Below are positions 56,721 to 64,000 of a stretch of 64,000 bases of DNA, piece after piece. This DNA is from an uncultured Flavobacteriaceae bacterium. GTDB taxonomy: Bacteria; Bacteroidota; Bacteroidia; NS11-12g; UBA955. Made by a program: the position numbers and the translations under genes. Under the pieces are notes generated by a model, which saw only the letters and a program-made list of their open reading frames with translations, was not told the origin of the DNA and made no database searches. Position 1 is the stretch's first letter; every line of letters starts with the position of its first letter. The DNA lies in NCBI GenBank assembly GCA_964554385.1, contig CAZKOM010000004.1, positions 42-64,041 on the forward strand, written 5' to 3'.

Positions 56721-58223
56721 ATGAAAAAGATTGTCGTTGTATTTCCTCATCAGCTATTTTATGCTTTTCGTTTTTGGGAGGCAATGGACGAGGTGGTTTT
56801 GATTGAGGAATACTTGTTTTTTAAGCAGTTTAATTTTCATAAGCAAAAGTTGATTTTTCATCGAAGCAGTATGCGTCAATTTGCTGATTTTCTTGTTTCT
56901 GAGGGTGTTAAAACTACATACATAGAATCCAATAATCCTTCTTCTGATATTCGTGTTTTTTTGCAAGGAATGAAGGGTTTGGAGCGGCAGTTGAATTTTA
57001 TCGATCCTACCGATAATTGGTTAAGACGAAGAATCGAACATAGTGCGGCGACATGTTCTTTGGAAATAACGTGGATTGAAACACCTAATTTTATCTATAC
57101 GCAGAAGGAAAATGCGGTTTATCAACTAGGACGTAAAACGTATTTTCAGACGGATTTTTATCAATACAATCGAAAGAATAGAGGATGGTTGATGACTGCT
57201 GATGGAAAACCAATTGGTGGTAAGTTTAGTTTTGATACGGAGAATCGAAAATCATTTAAAGGACAGGTTTCGGTGCCAAGTCCTACTTTTATTCCAGTAA
57301 ATACCTATTTGGAAGAGGCAAGAGATTATGTGGATAGAAATTTTGGGAACAATTTGGGTTTGTTGTATTGGGATAAACATACATTTTATCCTACAAATAG
57401 AGAGGGTGCATTGGTTTGGCTAGATGAATTTTTCAAGAAACGTTTTAGGTTGTTTGGGGATTTTGAAGATGCCATCGTTACTGAATCGGGTAAAGAGTTT
57501 ATGTTTCATTCGGTGTTATCCCCGTTAATTAATGTTGGGTTATTGAGTCCTCAGGAGGTAGTTGAAAGGGCCATTGAATATGCCACTTCTCATGAGTTGC
57601 CATTGAATTCACTAGAAGGTTTTGTTAGACAAATTACGGGTTGGCGGGAATTCATTCGTCACGTTTATGAGGATTTAGGTACCCGTCAAAGAACCAAGAA
57701 TTATTGGGGATTTACCAGATCCATACCGGTATCTTTTTACACGGGTGAAACGGGCATTGAACCAGTGGATTTTGCCATAAAGAAAGCATTGAAATACGGG
57801 TATAATCACCACATTGAGCGATTGATGATTTTAGGCAATTTTATGTTGTTGTGTGAATTTAATCCTGATGATGTCTATCAATGGTTTATGGAGATGTATG
57901 TGGATGCATACGATTGGGTGATGGTTCCTAATGTTTATGGTATGATATGTTTTGCCGATGGGGGTTTGATGACTAGTAAACCGTATATATCCGGTTCCAA
58001 TTATTTGGTGAAAATGGGAGGTTTTAAGAAAAGCACGGGAGCTGGGGGATGGCAAGCTATTTGGGATGCTTTATTTTGGCGATTTATGCATAAACAACGG
58101 GGATTCTTCTCGAGTAATCCGCGATTAGGGATGTTGTTACGCACATGGGACGGGATGTCGGAAGAGAAGCGAAATAACCATTTGCAGATTGCTGAAAACT
58201 ATTTACAATCTTTAAATCAATAA
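56721..58223 (+). CDS. cryptochrome/photolyase-family protein (COG3046 photolyase-related type)
   Basis: 500 aa. The N-terminal alpha/beta domain begins MKKIVVVFPHQLF. The C-terminal FAD-binding-like region contains HHIERLMILGNFMLL and WFMEMYVDAYDWVMVPNV. Confidence 0.55.
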   Translation: MKKIVVVFPHQLFYAFRFWEAMDEVVLIEEYLFFKQFNFHKQKLIFHRSSMRQFADFLVSEGVKTTYIESNNPSSDIRVFLQGMKGLERQLNFIDPTDNWLRRRIEHSAATCSLEITWIETPNFIYTQKENAVYQLGRKTYFQTDFYQYNRKNRGWLMTADGKPIGGKFSFDTENRKSFKGQVSVPSPTFIPVNTYLEEARDYVDRNFGNNLGLLYWDKHTFYPTNREGALVWLDEFFKKRFRLFGDFEDAIVTESGKEFMFHSVLSPLINVGLLSPQEVVERAIEYATSHELPLNSLEGFVRQITGWREFIRHVYEDLGTRQRTKNYWGFTRSIPVSFYTGETGIEPVDFAIKKALKYGYNHHIERLMILGNFMLLCEFNPDDVYQWFMEMYVDAYDWVMVPNVYGMICFADGGLMTSKPYISGSNYLVKMGGFKKSTGAGGWQAIWDALFWRFMHKQRGFFSSNPRLGMLLRTWDGMSEEKRNNHLQIAENYLQSLNQ

Positions 58224-58270
58224 CGTCCCAAGTATATTGTATAGTAAAACTATTTATAATTATTTAATTC

Positions 58271-59425
58271 ATGAAGATTCCATCTATATCTTTTCCCACC
58301 GACTTTAATTCTATTTGGCAACGAATTGAGGCTATCGATCCATATAAATATGCAAAAACGCGCAATTTCATATGGGGGGCGGTTTCGTATTTATCGCCAT
58401 ATATTTCTCGGGGGGTAATCTCCGTTGAAGATGTTAGAAAGGTGGTCTTGACTAAGGTGGATTCACCTTGGGAAATTGAGAAGTTTCTACAAGAATTAGC
58501 CTGGAGGGAATATTGGCAACGGATTTGGTTAGATAAAGGAGATGCGATTTTTTCGTCGTTGCGTAATAAGCAGGAGAGATTACGAAAAGATGTTACTGGA
58601 TCGACAATACCATCGGCTGTTAATCGCTCAGAGACGGGCATTTCGGCATTGGACATCGGAATAGAACATTTGCAAAAATCTGGATACATGCACAATCATT
58701 TGCGTATGTATTTGGCGAGTTTATGGACCAATATTGGTGGGTATGCTTGGCAAGATGGTGCAAAATGGATGCATTATCACTTATTGGACGGTGATTTGGC
58801 TAGTAATTGGTTGAGTTGGCAATGGGTATGTGGGACGAATTCAAGTAAATTGTATTACTGTAACCAAGAAAATATTAATAAGTACTGTGGAACAAAAGAT
58901 GAAGGGACGATATTGGATTTTACTTATGAGAAATTATCAATGAATCCATTCATTGTACCAGATGTAATGAACGATTGTGATCCACTGGTATTTCCTGAAT
59001 CTCCTAATTTTCGGGGTGTGGATGTGATTACAAGGAGGGAGGAGTTAACGCATGTAGGGGAAGAGAAAATATTCCTGTATCATTGGTATCATTTGGATCC
59101 CCGATGGATGGCAGATGAAGTTGGCACACGTATTTTATTGATTGAGCCGAGTTATTTTAAAAAGTTTCCAGTAAGTGATGTAGTGTGGGATTTTGTATTG
59201 GCTTTAGCTCACGAAATTCCTGCGATCAAGGTTGTTTATTGTGAGTTTCAGGAATTGAAATCGTGGTGTCCAGATTCTACTTTTATTACTCGTGAGCATC
59301 CCATTGTTAGCCATTGGAATGCACAAAAGTGTGCTAGACCGTGGATGAGTGTACATGCAACGGCCACAGGATCTTTTTTCAATTTTTGGAAAAAAGCATC
59401 GAGAGAAATTATGGAGAAAGGGTAA
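58271..59425 (+). CDS. photolyase FAD-binding-domain protein (no canonical N-terminal photolyase domain)
   Basis: 384 aa. LSPYISRGVIS, ELAWREYWQ, HNHLRMYLASLW and DGDLASNWLSWQWVCGT resemble the photolyase FAD_binding_7 domain (TSRLSPYL, WREF, W-x-G, DxDxAxNxxxWQW). Confidence 0.6.
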   Translation: MKIPSISFPTDFNSIWQRIEAIDPYKYAKTRNFIWGAVSYLSPYISRGVISVEDVRKVVLTKVDSPWEIEKFLQELAWREYWQRIWLDKGDAIFSSLRNKQERLRKDVTGSTIPSAVNRSETGISALDIGIEHLQKSGYMHNHLRMYLASLWTNIGGYAWQDGAKWMHYHLLDGDLASNWLSWQWVCGTNSSKLYYCNQENINKYCGTKDEGTILDFTYEKLSMNPFIVPDVMNDCDPLVFPESPNFRGVDVITRREELTHVGEEKIFLYHWYHLDPRWMADEVGTRILLIEPSYFKKFPVSDVVWDFVLALAHEIPAIKVVYCEFQELKSWCPDSTFITREHPIVSHWNAQKCARPWMSVHATATGSFFNFWKKASREIMEKG

Positions 59426-59493
59426 ACCAGCCGCTTCAAGTAAATGGGAAGCAGAATTTTTAATTTAGCAGTGGAAGCAAAAAGTAAATGTGT

Positions 59494-60267
59494 TTACTGT
59501 TGATTTAGGAAAAAGTGGAAGGAATCTCCACGAAGGCCATACCGTAATGTTTCTAGGGGTAACAACTCGTTAGGAGCAATATTTCCAAGGTTTACGTTAG
59601 TGCCGTACAATTGAATGAACCAAACTTGTTGTTCTTTTTTGGGTGCTTCCCAGATAACATTTTCTTGAGGGATTTTTCGGATAATTTCAGCAACCAAGCC
59701 GGATCTCACCTCGCCTGAACCTCGGAAAATACCTACGGTTCCTGATTCACGAGCTTCTGCGATTACTTTGCTAGCACCCGCGGCTAATTCGGTTTCCATT
59801 TGCTCTATCCATTCATAGGGCGGGATGATTTTTTCTGCATCCTTTGAGCCAACTTCGCTTAATACAGTAAAGTCTTTGGATAGGGTATTTATGTATTCGC
59901 ATTTTTCATCGTGATTCATGTCCAATGAACCGTCGCTTACCTCTGCATGAGTTAATTTCAATTTGTCTAATAAATTTCTATAATCATCAAATTGATTTCT
60001 TACAATATAGGCCTCAAATAAAGTACCACCCAAGTATACCGGAATATTTGCGGAATGATATAAATTGATTTTCTCTTGAAGTTTTGGTGTGAAAAAACTA
60101 GTCCCAAAACCCAATTTTACTAAATCTACATAACTAGATCCTACTTCCAGGAAGTTTTGGGCTTCTGTTAAGCTAAGTCCTTTATCCATAACCATAGTGA
60201 TACCATTGGTTCTGGGTTTCTGATTTCTATCGGGTAAGTTCTTTAAGTTGAATAAATCGCGGTTCAT
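59494..60267 (-). CDS. comA: (2R)-phospho-3-sulfolactate synthase (ComA) family protein
   Basis: Near end-to-end similarity to archaeal ComA as remembered: NGITMVMDKGL, VDLVKLGFGTS, YLGGTLFE, EVSDGS, LSEVGSK, AEARESG, and VIWEAPKKEQQVWFIQLYGTNVNLGNIAPNELLPLETLRYGLRGD. Confidence 0.8.
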   Translation of the reverse strand: MNRDLFNLKNLPDRNQKPRTNGITMVMDKGLSLTEAQNFLEVGSSYVDLVKLGFGTSFFTPKLQEKINLYHSANIPVYLGGTLFEAYIVRNQFDDYRNLLDKLKLTHAEVSDGSLDMNHDEKCEYINTLSKDFTVLSEVGSKDAEKIIPPYEWIEQMETELAAGASKVIAEARESGTVGIFRGSGEVRSGLVAEIIRKIPQENVIWEAPKKEQQVWFIQLYGTNVNLGNIAPNELLPLETLRYGLRGDSFHFFLNQQ

Positions 60268-61724
60268 AATCCTAATCGAGGTGTAGTAAATTTAGAAATA
60301 CAAGTTAAAATAGCTGTGGCTTTTTTGAGTTCGGGTGCAAAGGTAAACAATTGTACGTGATCGTTAGGGTTTAATTCTAGTGCACGCTCGAGGACAAGCA
60401 AAGCGGCATTTACTTGATTGTTGAGGTAGCATAATGCGGCAAATCGATATAATAACCCAGGATGCTGAGGATTGTTGGTTAGCGCCTGTTCGATTACTTC
60501 CAATGATTTTTCAGATTCCCCATTTTCATGTAAAGCGGTTATATAATCCAACCATAATTCTGGATTATTGGGGTGTTCTAGCGTTAATGTTTGGTAAAGG
60601 GGTTCCCATTTATCGGCTAAGTTAGCGCCAAAATATGCGGATGCGAGAACCATTCCATAATCTGGCTCAAATCGATCGATATCGTATGCTTTTTCAAGAT
60701 AAGGAATGGCTGAAGTATAATTTTCCTCGTAGTGCCAAGTTAAACCCATCGAATACCATGCTTCCGCATCGTGAGGATGCTTTTTTAATATTTCCTTGTA
60801 CAGCGTTCTACATGTTTTGTTATCACCGGTTTCGTAGTAACTCCAAGCTAATAAACCTTGAATTTCTTCTAGTGAGGACTTGTGGAATTTCTCTTCTAAG
60901 GCGGCATAGGTTTTTATTAAGTCTTCGTACTGACCTAATTCGTATTGGCATTCGAGGTAGGCGATCCAAGCATCAACGAAGTTTTCGTTAATAGTAACTG
61001 AATAATCCAATGCTTTTAGTCCTTTTTCGTGATTGTCTTGGGACATGAATGCGGTGCCAAGCACAAACCACGCTTCTGCTGAATATGGGTCTTGGTCGAT
61101 TATTTTCTCAATCATAGGGATTAACGCAGCGATTAGGCCGTTTTCTTCGGCTTTTTCGATGTATTTTTCCATGATTGAACTTACTTCCGATCCGGCATCT
61201 AGGGCTTTTTCAAGAATGGGCATTGCCAGTTCAAATTGCTCGTGATAAAGGGCAATTTCTAAAAATTCCTCCAATAAAGCCTCTTCTTCGCCTAAGTTTT
61301 CTAATATTGATTCTAAGTTCTCAAAGGCTTTAGGTTTATTACCTTGCAAACTGTAGATTAAGGATTGCATAAACCCTAAGGCAGGGTCGAAGGGATTAAA
61401 CTTAGATGCTTTATCGATATAGGATTTTGCGCGATTTAATTTTTGATCACGGATGAGCCATTCACACATGTGCAGTGTAAAAATTGGCATGTACGGGTAA
61501 TGCACAATTGCCTGATCTAAAATGCCTCTAATTTGTTGGTCTACGCGTAATTGTCCGCTTTGAGTGGGGAATTGAGAGGCATAGTGCCTAAACAATTCTA
61601 GGTATTCTCTTGCGGTAAATGTTTCGCGGGATTTAGTTTCGAAGTCGTTGACCAATGCATCCAAATCGCCTTGGAAGATATCGTCTTCTTCTTCGTCATC
61701 CCAATCGGAGGAGAAAAAACTCAT
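60264..61724 (-). CDS. TPR-repeat protein with acidic N-terminus
   Basis: 486 aa. N-terminus SDWDDEEEDDIF, then many 34-residue repeats with AW/Y-G-LG patterns (EAWYSMGLTW, DAWIAYLECQY). Confidence 0.55.
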   Translation of the reverse strand: MSFFSSDWDDEEEDDIFQGDLDALVNDFETKSRETFTAREYLELFRHYASQFPTQSGQLRVDQQIRGILDQAIVHYPYMPIFTLHMCEWLIRDQKLNRAKSYIDKASKFNPFDPALGFMQSLIYSLQGNKPKAFENLESILENLGEEEALLEEFLEIALYHEQFELAMPILEKALDAGSEVSSIMEKYIEKAEENGLIAALIPMIEKIIDQDPYSAEAWFVLGTAFMSQDNHEKGLKALDYSVTINENFVDAWIAYLECQYELGQYEDLIKTYAALEEKFHKSSLEEIQGLLAWSYYETGDNKTCRTLYKEILKKHPHDAEAWYSMGLTWHYEENYTSAIPYLEKAYDIDRFEPDYGMVLASAYFGANLADKWEPLYQTLTLEHPNNPELWLDYITALHENGESEKSLEVIEQALTNNPQHPGLLYRFAALCYLNNQVNAALLVLERALELNPNDHVQLFTFAPELKKATAILTCISKFTTPRLGL

Positions 61725-61849
61725 TGATTCAAAGTTAATTATTGAGTTGGGGCTTGTGTTAAAATTGGCTGGCGTGTCATCCCCAACTTTTTCACATACT
61801 TATAGGTATGGCGACGTAGATTGTTATAAATTGCGGAATTATTTGAAAT

Positions 61850-62470
61850 ATGTGGGCAGCTATAGGTTACGGATTTACAACAGGTTTTGTGATGAGTGTA
61901 TCGTTGGGGGTGGTATTTTTTATGTTAATTCAAGCCGGACTTATTGGAGGAATTAAGAAGGGCTTGCCTATTGCGCTGGGAGTAATTTCTGGAGATTTGA
62001 TTTTTGTAGCATTAGCAGTTAAGTTCAGTGGGTATTTGAAGGGCTTTTTAGAAACGTTTTATGATTATTGGTTTTTATTAGGTGGGGTAGTTTTTTGTGT
62101 ATTGGGACTGGGTTATTTATTAAAAAAATACAGAGAGCAGCACGATGAGAGTGAAAGTAAAATTGCGCAGATGTCTGCGTGGCAATTATGGTTACGTGCG
62201 TTTTTGATCAATATTGCAAATCCGGCCAATTTAACTTGGTGGATAGGTTTGTTTAGTTTGCCACCGGCCATTTATTTTTCCGATTCCAATCAGTGGATAT
62301 TTGGTATTTCCGCAGTTGCGTCTATTTTTTTAACGGAGGTTGCGATTTCTTGGGGGTCGGGTAAGGTGAAATCACTGTTAAACGAGCACTTTATGAAACG
62401 ATTGAATACCGGTATGGGTTTGTTGTTTATGGGAATCGGGGTGTATATGATTATTTCGGTGTTGGTTTGA
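61850..62470 (+). CDS. LysE/RhtB family amino-acid efflux protein
   Basis: 206 aa with 6 TM helices. N-terminus GFTTGFVMSVSLGVVFFMLIQAGL and a mid-protein NPANLTWWIGLF motif typical of LysE-type translocators. Confidence 0.65.
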   Translation: MWAAIGYGFTTGFVMSVSLGVVFFMLIQAGLIGGIKKGLPIALGVISGDLIFVALAVKFSGYLKGFLETFYDYWFLLGGVVFCVLGLGYLLKKYREQHDESESKIAQMSAWQLWLRAFLINIANPANLTWWIGLFSLPPAIYFSDSNQWIFGISAVASIFLTEVAISWGSGKVKSLLNEHFMKRLNTGMGLLFMGIGVYMIISVLV

Positions 62471-62489
62471 TTAGGTACTGCTATGGAAA

Positions 62490-62900
62490 TCAGCTGTGTT
62501 TTTCTTGACACAATTCCATGAGAACGGAATTCGTTGATTTGGGATGCAAGAAGGCTATGGATTTATTATCGGCTCCGTCTTTTGGTTGGCTATTGATGGG
62601 TTGAATTCCAAGATTTATTTTGTTGAATAATTCTTCTTCTATATTGTTGGTATCAAATGCAATATGATGAATTCCTTCGCCTTTTTTTTCGATAAATTTT
62701 GCTATCGGGGAATCGGAATTGGTGGCGGCTAAAAGCTCGATTTTAACATCACCAACCTTAAAGAAAGAGGTAATCACACCTTCTGATTCTACGGATTCTC
62801 GTTTGTACGAGGTTGTTCCTAGAATTTTTGCAAATAGAATTTCCGAGGCTTCAAGATCCTTTACAGCGATGCCAATGTGTTCAATTTTGTTTATAGCCAT
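62490..62900 (-). CDS. mce: methylmalonyl-CoA epimerase (VOC/glyoxalase family)
   Basis: 136 aa. IEHIGIAVKDLEAS...GEGIHHIAFDTNNIEEEL matches the MCE pattern with metal-binding His and Glu residues. Confidence 0.7.
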   Translation of the reverse strand: MAINKIEHIGIAVKDLEASEILFAKILGTTSYKRESVESEGVITSFFKVGDVKIELLAATNSDSPIAKFIEKKGEGIHHIAFDTNNIEEELFNKINLGIQPINSQPKDGADNKSIAFLHPKSTNSVLMELCQEKHS

Positions 62901-63001
62901 GCATGCAAAGCAAGTAAATTTTATGGAATTAATACAAAGTCAAACCAAATAAGCTGAATTACGTTAATTTTGTAGTTTAGAAAGACTCTAAATAGAATTT
63001 T

Positions 63002-64000
63002 ATGGTAAAACTTCCAATATACTTAGACAGCAACGCGACAACTCCGATGGATCCTCGCGTATTTGAAGCGATGAAACCTTATTTTTTGGAATGCTATGGA
63101 AATGCTGCTTCCAAGAATCATGCTTTCGGATGGCAAGCTGAGGAGGCTGTTGACTATGCTAGGGAGCAAGTAGCTAGTTTAGTGGGTGCTTCTGAGAAGG
63201 AAATTATTTTTACCAGTGGTGCAACCGAGAGTAATAATTTGGCCATTAAAGGGGTTTACGAGATGTATGCTGCCAAGGGCAATCATATTATCACCGTTTC
63301 AACAGAGCACAAAGCAGTTTTAGATACTTGCAAACACTTAGAGAAACTAGGTGCAGAGGTTACTTATTTATCGGTTGGAGAAGATGGATTGATTTCGGCA
63401 GAACAAGTGGAAGCCGCTATCAAGCCTAACACCATTTTGGTCTCCGTAATGTATGCGAATAATGAGTTAGGTGTAATTCAGCCAATTCGTGCGATTGGGG
63501 AAGTATGCAAGAAAAACGGTGTTTTATTCCATAGCGATGCTACGCAGGCGGTTGGTAAAATCCCTGTGGATGTATTAGCGGATCATTTGGATTTAATGAG
63601 CTATACAGCACATAAAATGTATGGCCCAAAAGGTGTTGGTGCACTATATGTTCGTCGCAAAAATCCTAGAGTAAAAGTAACAGCTCAGATGGATGGTGGA
63701 GGCCACGAGCGAGGTATGCGTAGTGGTACATTAAACGTTACGGGAATCGTTGGTTTTGGAAAGGCCTGTGAAATTGCAAAAGCGGAAATGGAGGCAGATG
63801 CAAAACGATTAGGAGCGATGCGCGATCGATTGGAAAACGAATTATTAACATTAGAAGAGAGTTATGTAAACGGAAATAGGGAGCATCGCCTGCCACATAC
63901 TTGCAACATTAGTTTCAAATACGTTGAAGGTGAAGGATTGATGATGGGTGTTAAAGATATTGCCGTTTCTAGTGGATCTGCCTGTACATCTGCTTCTTTA
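63002..64000 (+). CDS. iscS: cysteine desulfurase IscS/NifS family (3' partial, runs off window)
   Basis: [20 protein letters not shown]...[12 protein letters not shown]...[15 protein letters not shown], the PLP Lys region [14 protein letters not shown], and the [10 protein letters not shown] active-site loop at the window edge. Confidence 0.85.
   Translation, partial: MVKLPIYLDSNATTPMDPRVFEAMKPYFLECYGNAASKNHAFGWQAEEAVDYAREQVASLVGASEKEIIFTSGATESNNLAIKGVYEMYAAKGNHIITVSTEHKAVLDTCKHLEKLGAEVTYLSVGEDGLISAEQVEAAIKPNTILVSVMYANNELGVIQPIRAIGEVCKKNGVLFHSDATQAVGKIPVDVLADHLDLMSYTAHKMYGPKGVGALYVRRKNPRVKVTAQMDGGGHERGMRSGTLNVTGIVGFGKACEIAKAEMEADAKRLGAMRDRLENELLTLEESYVNGNREHRLPHTCNISFKYVEGEGLMMGVKDIAVSSGSACTSASL

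Noticed and set aside
1-64000. Search for CRISPR arrays, transposases, integrases, phage genes or rRNA.
   Set aside because: I saw no regularly spaced direct repeats and no ORF resembling DDE, serine or tyrosine recombinases or phage structural proteins. The two tRNAs are not flanked by integrase-like genes or obvious att duplications.

Overview
This window is a Bacteroidota-type chromosomal segment, probably Sphingobacteriia, Chitinophagia or Cytophagia, with GC around 40%. The phylum call rests on two type IX secretion (T9SS) C-terminal sorting domains, Bacteroidetes sigma-A promoter motifs (TTTG, about 19 nt, then TAnnTTTG) ahead of both tRNAs, and the gene content. Most of the window is housekeeping: rsfS, birA, prs-rplY, a superoxide dismutase, pnuC, nrnA, rfbB-cysS-rsmE-purD, exbB-exbD, ftsH, kynU, hflX, msrB, polA, mce and iscS, plus tRNA-Glu(TTC) and tRNA-Gln(TTG). 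Many envelope genes and genes of unknown function sit between them. I found no transposase, integrase, CRISPR array or rRNA. The points most worth a second look are listed below. (1) purD is interrupted by an in-frame TGA exactly at a conserved Gly codon. (2) An MsbA-like ABC exporter has its N-terminus in a different frame from the body (1-nt frameshift). (3) A DUF1800-DUF1501 gene pair: the DUF1501 protein carries both a twin-arginine (Tat) signal and a T9SS C-terminal domain. (4) A 6.7-kb block (46.8-53.5 kb) of four consecutive uncharacterised envelope proteins (outer-membrane protein, small membrane protein, 699-aa lipoprotein, 568-aa beta-barrel), and a second uncharacterised secreted-plus-polytopic-membrane pair at 38.5-41.0 kb. 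(5) A GT2 GtrB-like polyprenyl-phosphate sugar synthase next to a large GT-C-like membrane protein, with a second GT-C-like gene elsewhere. (6) Two adjacent cryptochrome/photolyase-family genes. (7) An archaeal-type phosphosulfolactate synthase (ComA) homologue. (8) A TPR/LuxR membrane regulator with a repeat-rich upstream region. Functional calls come from remembered motif and family knowledge, not from database searches, and all coordinates were counted by hand.
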